The notes under the pieces: generated by a model
Seen by the model: the letters and a program-made list of their open reading frames with translations, nothing else
Database searches by the model: none
What the model was told of the DNA's origin: nothing
Assembly: GCA_025558095.1 (NCBI GenBank)
Contig: JAIVFI010000030.1
Coordinates: 434,001-498,000 of the forward strand
Origin: Hyaloraphidium curvatum SAG 235-1
Taxonomy: Eukaryota; Fungi; Monoblepharomycota
Reading direction: 5' to 3'
DNA: 64,000 nucleotides
Position numbers and translations under genes: made by a program
In this document: positions 12,071-21,262 of the stretch, one piece after another
Position numbering within the stretch: the first letter of the stretch is position 1
How the letters are laid out: the number at the start of each line of letters is the position of its first letter

Positions 12071-12914
12071 AACACCACCAAGCAAGTGGCAACGCCGAGT
12101 AGTGGGCTGCTCTTCTCGGCGCCGAGCTCGTCCGGATACCTCCCGGGCGCGGTCAGCCCCTCCATCTTTTGCTGTTTTGCAGTCTTCACCGGTACGCCAA
12201 CTACCACTATCTACAACGTCTCACCGAGTTCCGAGGCCGTTCGCGGCAGCAGGGGAGACTTCCGACATTGACCCCGCGTCCCCCGGGGCCCCTCGGCCAA
12301 ATGCCGTGCCTAGCTTGGCCGAGGGTCACACTCTGCCCACGCCGCCCCGCGGCTCCTCCCGCTTGCCGGCACCAGCGGGGGGGAAAGGGGCGGCATGCTC
12401 GGAAGTATCTCCCTCCTCGTCATCGCAGATCTTGATCGCTGATGCCCCGGCTTCGGCCGCTTCCATGCTCTCGGCGCACCCAGGCCATCCTCCGTGGGAA
12501 ACCCCAGCTGCAACCGCCGTGCCGAGCTTGCAGCTGCCGCCTGCGCCGCCCCGCACAACCCCCGGCACGCCGCCGGCACCAACGGCCGGGGGGGGGCAGA
12601 GCTCCTCAGAAGTATCCACTCCGACGCGCACCTTGCCTCCTTGGTATGCTCACACGGAGCCCGGTTCGCCGGCGCACCTCAAATGGCCAGGTTCCGAGCT
12701 CCTCGATGACGGCGGCCGTGATGCTATCGGTGACGCGTGGTCGGCGCTTGCGGCCTGGCACAGGGCGGGGGGCGACCTGACCGAGTCACAGGAGGTTTGG
12801 ATGCGGACACATGCGCTCGACGATTGGGAGATCTCGTCGGACAAGGCACCGTCCGCGGTAGCTGATCCTGGCGGCGGGACACCGGCATCGCCGCCGCCAC
12901 CGTATTCGCCATGA
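12063..12914 (+). CDS. Retrotransposon middle ORF (283 aa, unknown function)
   Basis: Its ATG overlaps the end of ORF1 (ATGCCTAA) and its stop overlaps the RT ORF start (ATGA). Pro/Ala-rich N-terminal part with a Trp-rich C-terminal segment. Confidence 0.5.
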   Translation: MPKTPPSKWQRRVVGCSSRRRARPDTSRARSAPPSFAVLQSSPVRQLPLSTTSHRVPRPFAAAGETSDIDPASPGAPRPNAVPSLAEGHTLPTPPRGSSRLPAPAGGKGAACSEVSPSSSSQILIADAPASAASMLSAHPGHPPWETPAATAVPSLQLPPAPPRTTPGTPPAPTAGGGQSSSEVSTPTRTLPPWYAHTEPGSPAHLKWPGSELLDDGGRDAIGDAWSALAAWHRAGGDLTESQEVWMRTHALDDWEISSDKAPSAVADPGGGTPASPPPPYSP

Positions 12915-15900
12915 GCCGCACGCCGCTCCTGCCTTACAGCTGCCACCGCTGCGCGGCAGCTTTCGCCAACATCGGAGCTCTATCTCATCATCACCAATCT
13001 TGCATCGACGGCGATGTGCCGATGGCGGAGGCGCCTGCTGAACCCGGCCTCCATGCGTGCCCGGTTGATGGTTGCCGCTTCCAGCCAACTCCAAACAAAA
13101 ACAAACGGGACGGTCATCTTCGGGTCACACGGAGCCCGGAGCACTGGTTGGCGATGCAGCGCCTGTCTGCCGATGCGTTGCGCGCCATGGGGCTAGCGCG
13201 GTGCGGGGGTTGCCGGCGTCCCTACGCCGCAAACGCCTCTGGTGCCGGTGTTTCTGGACAGCACACCTCGTGCAACCCGGACGCAGCTAACCCGCCACTC
13301 GGCGTCTCTTTAGCTTCGCTTCCACCCGATCTCGTCGAGTTCCTCGACCGCGTGCGTGCCGAGCGGGCGGCTGCCACGGGACGCGCGGAGGGACCGGCGT
13401 CACCAGCGGCATCGTCGGCATCTCCCCGTGCTTCGCCACCCGCGCCCGCGCTGATGGCGGCCCTTGCGGCCGCCCGGGTTGCGGCCGACGCCCCGCAGGA
13501 CGGCCAGGCGCAACGGGCGGCGCTGGCGGCGGCGGCGGCGGCGGCGCGTGCCGCCCCGGACGGCGGTGATCCCCCAGGCGGCGACGGCGCGCCGGGCGGC
13601 AACGCCGCGGCTGGCGGGCACGGCAACGGCGGTGATCCGGGCGACCCGGGCGACGGTGGTCCACCCGGGGGTCCCGGGCCTGATCCGCCGCCGGGCGGGG
13701 GCGCGGGGGCGCCGCCGCCGGAGCCGCTGAAGCACCGCTACCGGACCACCACCTGGAGCACGCTCGCCTTCCGGGCCAGCGAGTCTTTCCAACGGGCCTA
13801 CGAGGACCCGGCGGCACCGGAAACCGACCTGCACCGCACTCTCACCGCCTACCTTGCATTTGGCGGCTACGTCATGTCGGGGGACTACATGTACGAGCAG
13901 AACTACTTCGCCGCCCGTCAGGTCAACCGGGGCGCGCGGCGGGACGGGCTGCGGCCGCTCAACTACCAGCTCTTCAAGTCCATCGTGCTTGCCGCCTTGA
14001 AGGGCGCTCCTGGTGCTGCGTCCGCGGCCCTCTCGGGGGAGGCCGTTCCGGCTGGCTTCACGCCCACGCTTCAGGCGGAACTGGAGGAGCTGTACCCGGG
14101 GCCGCGGGAGGGAGAGCCGCTGTGTCGGCTGTCTCTGCCCCCCAACGCGCCCGCGCCCTGCCCTGCCTACACGGACGCGGCTTTCCTGGAGGACATCTGG
14201 GCCCGGTTGCGCCGGAAGAAGGACGGCGTGGGGGCCGGCATGTCGGGTTTCAGCATGGCCAAACTTTTCATCGTGCACAACTGCGAGAACGACGCGACGC
14301 GGCGGAAGCTCCGCCCGCTGGCGGCCATGGTGCACGGCGTGTGCACTGGCCGACTCGACACCCCCATGCTCCGGCCGCTCCTCACGGATCAAACCCTCGT
14401 CCCTCTGCTCAAGCCGGAGGGGGGGCTCCGGCCGATTGGCATTATGGAGGGCATCACGCGGCTCGCGGGCTCGTACCTGGCCGTGCGGCACAAGGCTCTT
14501 CTGAGGAAGCTCCAACAGCAGGAGGACCTGGGTCACGGGGTGGACGGGGGCGCGGAGGCGACCGCCCACGCGGTGAACGCGTGGCTGGCGGCCTTCCCCG
14601 ACCACGTCGTCATGAAGGTCGACTCTAGGAACGCCTTCAATACGCTGCGCCGCCTCTTCGCGCGCGAGGTGGTCCGCCAGGTGCCTCAGCTTATCCCGTA
14701 CTACAACCTCGTTTACTCGCGCCCTTCCCACGCCTACTTCCGCGACCGGCGCTCGGCGGAGCTCCTTTTCCGGATCACCATGTACGAGGGCAACATCCAG
14801 GGCGACCCGCTGTCGTCTGCCATCTTCTCCTGCGCCATGAGCCGCATGCTGCGGCCCATCCGCTCTGGGCACCCCGACTGCCTCATCCTTGGGTACCTCG
14901 ACGACCTCACCGTGGTCGGGCCGCTGGACTCGGTCATGGCCGTCCTGGGAGAGGTGCGTGACGGCCTTTCTTCCCTCGGCATGACCCACCGCCCGGACAA
15001 GAGCTACCTGCTTTCGCTCTCGACGAACCCGGCCGTGCTGGAGCGGGTGCGCGCGGCCGGTGCGGCCCACAACATCCGCGTCGCTGGCTTCCCGCCTCAC
15101 GAGGCCGACCCCGAGGTGCATGCCACGGCGTCGGCCCCGGGCTCGCCTGACTTCGCTCGCTCGTGCGGCCTCAAGGTGGTAGGTGCCCCGGTCGGCACCC
15201 CTGCCTACGTGGAGTCGTTCCTCGCTGCCAAGATCGACTCCATTGCCGCTCTTCTCGATGACATCGAGCGCGCCGCGCTCGGCTACGCCATGCCGGCCGA
15301 CATCCCCTCCCTCCAGGGCCTGTACTCCCTCCTCCGTCTCTGTGTGACCCAGCTCTTCTCGTTTTGGCTCCGCATTCTCCCCCCCTCGGTTACCCAACCC
15401 TTTGCTCGACGTCTTGACAACGCGCTTTTCACCACCTTTTTGCGCTTGCTGGGAGATCGGGCCGAGGATCTGGATCCGCTGTCGGTGGAGGGTCGGACTG
15501 TGCGGGAGCAGGTATTCTTGGGTCTGCACTACTCGGGGATGGGGCTTCTGTCATCGGAGAAGGTGGCCTCGGCGGCTTACCTGTCTTCACTCAACCTCAC
15601 GGCGGGCCCCTTGGACGCCATGCTTGGTCTTCGAACCTCGGCCCGGGGTGTGGGCGTGGAGCACGTGCGGGAACTGGTTCCCGTCATCGAGGCCCTCCGC
15701 CCCGCCTTTGAGCGTGTCGAGGATGACACGGCCGCAGCGTACGCCGAGGCTGCGCGTGCTGGGCAACCGGTGGGCGCCGCGCCCGCCCGCCGTACGCTCC
15801 CTGCGGACGCCAGTTTCTTCGCTCAGCCGGTCTGGCACGGCCTGCAGAGCGACCTTACGCGTCTCGAGGACCAGCGCCGCCTCGCGGCTCTGATTGCCTT

Positions 15901-16822
15901 GCAACCCGACACTTCCGCTGGTCTGGAGCGCCGCAAGCGGCTCGTCCAGGCGCAGGACGGCCTGTCGGCTTTCCTGACTGCCTCTCCCGCGCTGCTTGCC
16001 AACCACATTCGCAACAACTTTTTCCGCTTACTTGTACGCTTCCGGCTTTGCCTCCCGCTCCTGCACGAGGCCGACTACCCTGGTCTTTCCTTGCCCTGCC
16101 GGCGGGGCTGCAAGCGATCGGCCATGTCGCTGACGGGGGAGCACGCGTTCTCGGGCTGCTATGGCCGGGATCTCTTCAGTCCTGGTCACGACGACATTTG
16201 CGCGGCCATCCGCGCGGCGCTTCGCTCCATCCCGCTCCTCCGCGTGCACCCCATGCCGCCAAACCTCCTTGCGCATGGCTACGAGACTGTCACCCCGCCC
16301 ACGCCTGCGGATGCTGGCCGCCTTGGCGACATTCTCATCACGCACCGCGAAACCCGGAAACGGTGGTTGCTCGAGATCAAGACCCTCACCTCTATGGCCC
16401 ATTTGCACACGGGCCTGGTCTTCTCGGTCCCGGGCCACGCAGTCGAACGGCGGGTCGAGGCCGCCAGGAAGGACTACTCCCGTTTCGTCTTCAACGCCAA
16501 CTTCTACCCTCTGATCGTGCTTGCTTTTGATTCGTACAGCGCTGTCTCTGCCACTTTCTCGCGCTTCTCCTCGGAGATGGGGCGCATCCAGTATCCCGGG
16601 ATCGTCGGCCGCGATGGGCAGCCCGTGGACCTCGATGGCCTTTACTCTCGTTTTGTGCGGCGCTTCCGCGAACGGATCGCGGTGGCCTGGGCTCTTGGCG
16701 TCGCGGCCCAACTCCAACACTGGCTTCAGCTGTGCACCGAAGCCGCCGCTGTCAACGCTCCGGCCCCCGCGCCGGTCGCTTTTGGTTTGAATGTAGATGA
16801 GGAGCTGATTCTTGGGGCGTAG
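12911..16822 (+). CDS. Retrotransposon polyprotein: N-terminal zinc fingers, reverse transcriptase, CCHC and restriction-like endonuclease
   Basis: Zinc fingers YSCHRC..F....L..H and HACPVDGC. RT motifs LKPEGGLRPIGI, KVDSRNAFN, QGDPLS, YLDD and GLKVVGAPVG. RLE motifs CRRGC..HAFSGC, HDDI, RLGDILI, LEIKT and RKDY. Confidence 0.95.
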   Translation: MSRTPLLPYSCHRCAAAFANIGALSHHHQSCIDGDVPMAEAPAEPGLHACPVDGCRFQPTPNKNKRDGHLRVTRSPEHWLAMQRLSADALRAMGLARCGGCRRPYAANASGAGVSGQHTSCNPDAANPPLGVSLASLPPDLVEFLDRVRAERAAATGRAEGPASPAASSASPRASPPAPALMAALAAARVAADAPQDGQAQRAALAAAAAAARAAPDGGDPPGGDGAPGGNAAAGGHGNGGDPGDPGDGGPPGGPGPDPPPGGGAGAPPPEPLKHRYRTTTWSTLAFRASESFQRAYEDPAAPETDLHRTLTAYLAFGGYVMSGDYMYEQNYFAARQVNRGARRDGLRPLNYQLFKSIVLAALKGAPGAASAALSGEAVPAGFTPTLQAELEELYPGPREGEPLCRLSLPPNAPAPCPAYTDAAFLEDIWARLRRKKDGVGAGMSGFSMAKLFIVHNCENDATRRKLRPLAAMVHGVCTGRLDTPMLRPLLTDQTLVPLLKPEGGLRPIGIMEGITRLAGSYLAVRHKALLRKLQQQEDLGHGVDGGAEATAHAVNAWLAAFPDHVVMKVDSRNAFNTLRRLFAREVVRQVPQLIPYYNLVYSRPSHAYFRDRRSAELLFRITMYEGNIQGDPLSSAIFSCAMSRMLRPIRSGHPDCLILGYLDDLTVVGPLDSVMAVLGEVRDGLSSLGMTHRPDKSYLLSLSTNPAVLERVRAAGAAHNIRVAGFPPHEADPEVHATASAPGSPDFARSCGLKVVGAPVGTPAYVESFLAAKIDSIAALLDDIERAALGYAMPADIPSLQGLYSLLRLCVTQLFSFWLRILPPSVTQPFARRLDNALFTTFLRLLGDRAEDLDPLSVEGRTVREQVFLGLHYSGMGLLSSEKVASAAYLSSLNLTAGPLDAMLGLRTSARGVGVEHVRELVPVIEALRPAFERVEDDTAAAYAEAARAGQPVGAAPARRTLPADASFFAQPVWHGLQSDLTRLEDQRRLAALIALQPDTSAGLERRKRLVQAQDGLSAFLTASPALLANHIRNNFFRLLVRFRLCLPLLHEADYPGLSLPCRRGCKRSAMSLTGEHAFSGCYGRDLFSPGHDDICAAIRAALRSIPLLRVHPMPPNLLAHGYETVTPPTPADAGRLGDILITHRETRKRWLLEIKTLTSMAHLHTGLVFSVPGHAVERRVEAARKDYSRFVFNANFYPLIVLAFDSYSAVSATFSRFSSEMGRIQYPGIVGRDGQPVDLDGLYSRFVRRFRERIAVAWALGVAAQLQHWLQLCTEAAAVNAPAPAPVAFGLNVDEELILGA

Positions 16823-16873
16823 GGGGATTTCTAAGTGTACGGTGGGATTGCTAGCTCCTCATTACACACAAGA

Positions 16874-16883
16874 CGAGGACAAC
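16874..16883 (+). repeat. Right copy of candidate target-site duplication CGAGGACAAC
   Basis: Identical to 9900-9909 and lies 51 nt after the RT ORF stop. Confidence 0.55.
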
Positions 16884-17061
16884 CACCGCGAGGCCTCCGG
16901 GCTTATCGCGCCTATCGTGCTGTGCAGTGGTTGCCCGACGGCGAGGATCCGGGAAACAGCGTCTGCTCCGGGGCGCAGCGGGGCCCCGGCGACGACTTGC
17001 TCGGCGCCACTTGCCGCCGGCCGGCGAGCGCCAGAGGGATCGTTGCGAGCTGAGGACGACG

Positions 17062-19075
17062 ATGGGGGAGACTACCGTGTTCATGAAGTTTTACCAGGAG
17101 ATTTGGGGCGCGGGAGGCCTGGCAGGCAAGCGCTTGAAGGCCCCCCCGGACTTGCCCGAAGAGTTTAGGGGCGTCCTGGACCCCGAGGTCTTCTGCGCCA
17201 GATTCTCAGCTGCCTCCGAACGAGTCCATGAATGTTACAGATACGTGCCGGGAGGCTTCGCAGCTTTCACTGCTCTTAGCATTACGGTGATCGCGACCCC
17301 AGTTTACGCTGCAGCCTTGTCCGCAGCTGCGGCGAAAGTGAAGCCCTCGTTGGCGGCCCTGGCGCACCAGTGGTCTGAGGAGGATGCGGCCATCAAGATA
17401 CGTTGGGAAGCAAACGTATTTGGCGCATACCCACCTACGATAGGGGCTACGCTGGACCCTGAGGCAAGCCGGTGCGCGGTCGCCGAAGCGCGCGAGCGGC
17501 AGGAGGCCGCCGAGGCCTGGCGCGCGGCAGGACAGGCCCGTCAGTGGCAGATGATGGAAGAACAACGACTCCGGGAGGAGGAAAGGGCCCGCTGGGCTGA
17601 GCAGGAGATGGCCCGCGTCGCCGAGCAGGAGCGCCAGCGCCAGATATGGGAGGATCAAGAGAGGCGTATTGCGGAGCAGCGGGCCGCGGAACAGCGCTTG
17701 GCCGAACAGCGTGCGGCCGAGCGGCGTGCCGCCGAACAGCGTGCCGCCGAACAGCGGATGGCCGAACAGCAGATGGCCGAGCAGCGGATGGCCGAGCAGC
17801 GGATGGCCGAACAGCGGATGGCCGAGCAGCGAGCCGCAGAACGTCGGGCGGCGGAAGCGCTCCAGGTGGCGGAAGAACAGAGGCGGCTTGCGGAGCAGGA
17901 GCGGCGCCGCGCCGAGGAACGCGAGGTGGAGCTGCGGATGATGGAGATGCGGATCAAGGAGTTGGAGCAAGGGAGGCAGAAGGATCGGTCGCAGGGTTCT
18001 GCTCGCACAGCGATCGGAACGGGTACCTCGAATCCGTTTCGCACGGGCGAAAGCGACCGTACAGCAGTGCCGGATGCTCCGCAGCGGATTGCAGCCGTGC
18101 GATCCAAGCTCCTCGTGGAACCCAACCAAGTTTCTTACACCAAGCAGAGCGTCTTGGGACAAGGCTCTTTTGGCACCGTATATCGGGGCATGCTTCGAGG
18201 ATCCACCAAGGTGGCGATCAAGACGATCAAGGGGGACGTGACGCCGCGCCTGGTAAAGATGTTCGAGGACGAGATTGCGACCTGGGAAGGGCTCAACCAG
18301 CGCAACGGTATGCACCGTCGGCGATGGCCTCCTCTTCACGCGCTGACGGCATCGACACAGTGCTGCCCCTCCTCGCCTACTGCAGCCAGCCCCCCATGAT
18401 GATCTCGGAGCTGGCCTCGGACGGAAACATGCGCGACTATCTCGAGGACAACGACTGGGACCAGAAGGCCGGCGTCAAATGCCTGCGCGGGGTCGCGGAC
18501 GGCATGGCGTACCTGCACTCGTTCAGCGTCCTCCATGGGGACCTGAAGTGCGCCAACATTATGATCGGTGGGCTTGCTGCCCAACCCGCGTCGCCCATTC
18601 TGACTGACAACCGCTCATGCAGACCACGGTATCCCCAAGATCGCCGACTTCGGCCTCGCCCGGATCCGCAGCGCGCTGACCACCAGCAAGACGCGGCGGG
18701 AAGACGAGGGAGGCCGCGCCGCGGGCGGCACCCCCGTCTTCATGGCCCCAGAGCTGTGGACGGGCAGCCGGCTCCGCCCGCCCGCGGACGTCTACGCGTT
18801 CGCGATGGTGTGCTACGAAGTCACGAGCGAGGGATACTACCCGTTCATGGGCCTCTCGGAAGCCATGGTGAGAAGGGCTGTCGGGCATCCGGTCCGCACG
18901 CGTTGACCAGCTTGTCGTGCAGCTCATGGAGGCCGTGGGCAGGGGCAGCAGGCCCGAGAGGCCTGACGACGTGGAGGAGTGGCTGTGGATCCTGATGCAG
19001 AGGGCGTGGGCGCAGGATCCCAAGGCCAGGCCGACGTTCGTGGAGATCGGCGGCGAGATGGATTGGAACATGTGA
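17062..19075 (+). CDS. TKL-type protein kinase with an N-terminal Erf4/Golgin-A7-like membrane domain and a repeat coiled-coil stalk; 4 exons
   Basis: LGQGSFGTVYRG, VAIK, HGDLKCAN, DFG, GTPVFMAPE and DVYAF, joined by introns ~18308-18360, 18568-18622 and 18868-18923. The N-terminal domain call (LPEEFRGVLDPEVF, TM, L..W) is tentative. Confidence 0.88.
17671..17856 (+). repeat. 15-bp coding tandem repeat (AEQRA/AEQRM, ~12 copies)
   Basis: GCCGA(A/G)CAGCGG(ATG/GCC)-type units, visible directly. Confidence 0.9.
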
Positions 19076-19152
19076 ATTCGTTCGATGGGTCTAATGTAGT
19101 TTCATGAAACGCGATGCAAGGCGCTCGCATGCGATGGTCTGCCGCCGTAGCG

Positions 19153-20846
19153 TCATCCGGGGCAGATGGACTGCAGGGTGACGAACATGCTTCCCCGGAA
19201 GACGGTGAACAGTCCGACCCCCACCGTGAACACCGTGATCACTTGCGGACGAATCAGTGAGCCTGCTCTCCCTCCGCGCGCGGGGGAACCCACCAAACGT
19301 CCGCACGACCCCGAAATCCACCGGGAACCCCCCGAACCTCACCCTGCTCTTCTCGATCTCGGCCGCGCACGCGTCCAGCAGGCCGTCGTGCGCGTCCAGC
19401 TCCTCCAGCAGCCCTTGGCGGCCCTGTGGGTCCGTCCAGCCCGATGGATCGGCGCGGGCCAGCTCGACGCGGAGCCCGCGGAGGCGGCGTCGCGCGGCGG
19501 AGTAGAGGACCGAGACGTCGGTGATCTGCCCGTTGGAGACGGCGAAGATGGCCAGATCGGCGACGAGGAGGGCGAGGACGTTGCCGACGACGGCGAGCTG
19601 CCAGGCGCAGATGCAGGAGCCGGCGGCCTGCATGGGCGGGGAGCGAGGGTCAGCCAGCGCGGTTTCGGGGAACGATAGTGGGACGCACGTAGTTGATGAT
19701 CCCGACGACGAACGTCCAGCTGGTCATGGCAAAGTAGGTCATGGCCAGGAACAGGTTGCTGCTCACCCTCTGCTTGAACAGGTGCGCCAGGTGCGCGTGG
19801 AGCTCCGCGTACAGATCCGGATCCGGCGCCTCCCCCTGCCCCCGCGCGAGCGTGCGCTTGGTCCTCGCCGCGGTCTCGAGGTGCGCCACGAGGGAGGTCA
19901 TGGCGATGCGGGTGGCGCGGCGGTACATGCGCAGGGAGAGGCCGAAGGAGGCCGAGGTGGGGCAGTGCCGCACGCGGGTGAGGAGGAGCTCCGTGGTGAT
20001 GTACAGCACCGAGGTGATGGCCCAGAGGGTGCCGATGAGGGCGGACCAGGGGCGGGTCCAGAAGGCGCCGCCGAGGGTGACGACTAGCGAGTACTGCGAG
20101 AAGAAGTTGAGGGCGGCAAAGACGGCGGTCTGGAAGAGGCAGTCCACGAAGGGCAGGATCTGGATCCCGCGGACCAGCCCGCCGCCGCACGACGCGCGCG
20201 GGCAGGGGCACGTGGCGTCGCCGTCGTCGTGCGCGAGCAGCCGCCCGCCGGGAGCTTCGGAGCACAGCTCGACCCACCGCACGAACGGCGCCGCGGCGAC
20301 GGTGTCCAGGTCGCCGTTGGGGTCCATGCGGCGGATGGTGCCGTTGACGAGGAAGATGAGGATGGCAGACAGGACGGTGAAGGCGTTGGCGACGGTGCCG
20401 GCGGCGAGTTGCCTCGCGGGATAGACCCCGCCCGCCTCGGCGTTGACGTAAATCGTGAGGAAGACCATGACGGCGGATAGGCAGTACGGGGGCAGCGACG
20501 CCAGCAGCGGCCTCGCCAGGAGAGGCAGGAACAGGGAGCGGAAGCGGGACCACCAGTAGAACACGGGCGCCCTGGCGCGGAAGGCGGCGTCCATGCTCGC
20601 GGGCGTCAGCGGGCGCTCGGCGCGGCGGGCGGCGGCGGGGTCGGGGATCGGCCGGCGCAGCTTCAGCTCGTCCGTCACGATGTGCTCGGCGGGGAACATG
20701 GCGAGCCATTCGGCCTCCGAAAAGGCCGACGCTGGTTGCGAGGTGAGGGTGCCGCCGTCGCTGGTGGTCGTTGCGCCGGCGGTCTCGCCATCGTCGTCGG
20801 CCTTGGCGTCCAACTCCCACGCGGCGACGTCGAGCGCGATGGCCAT
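19153..20846 (-). CDS. 7-TM membrane protein, putative 7TMIC family, paralogue 2; 3 exons
   Basis: ATG 20846; introns 19628-19688 and ~19242-19293. Motifs LLAHDDGDATCPCPRASCGG, FAVSN and RVRFGGFPVDFGVVRTFVITVFTVGVGLFTVFR, plus a terminal QSICPG. Confidence 0.75.
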
Positions 20847-21262
20847 GTCTGGGCCGCGGGCGACTGGAATGTTCGGGGACTTCCCGCGTTCCCAGTCGCG
20901 CGTCGTGTCAGCCAGGTGGCCCTGCGGTCGGACAAGCCCCGAAGCGGGACGTTCGCCATGCAGGAATTTGACGATGATAGGATGATGACTAGCAGCTCGT
21001 TGTTTCGCATGGAAGCTTGCGCCTGATGCCGGATGGGCGTGGTGACAGGACGGAGGCAGGTGCTCCCACAATCGTCACTATCGCCCATCGAAAGAGGCCC
21101 GCTTCCAAGAGCACGAATCGTGCTGGGCTATCTGCAGATATTCTGATTGGTTTCGGAGCCTACCGGGCGGGATGCGGGATGCGGAGGTGCGATGGATGCA
21201 CTGAGTGATCACTCGCGACGGGACCACCACTGCTCCTCCATTGCCCCCCTCCGTGGGCCACG

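Larger units (their letters stand above)
9910..16873 (+). mobile_element. Non-LTR retrotransposon, RLE-type (CRE/SLACS-like), apparently full length
   Basis: Three intronless overlapping ORFs ending in an RT + restriction-like endonuclease ORF. Flanked by CGAGGACAAC at 9900-9909 and 16874-16883. Short 3' end ...ATTACACACAAGA. Confidence 0.85.

Noticed and set aside
17671-17856. Repeat array considered as CRISPR-like
   Set aside because: Tandem in-frame 15-bp units with no spacers, in a eukaryotic gene, with no cas genes.
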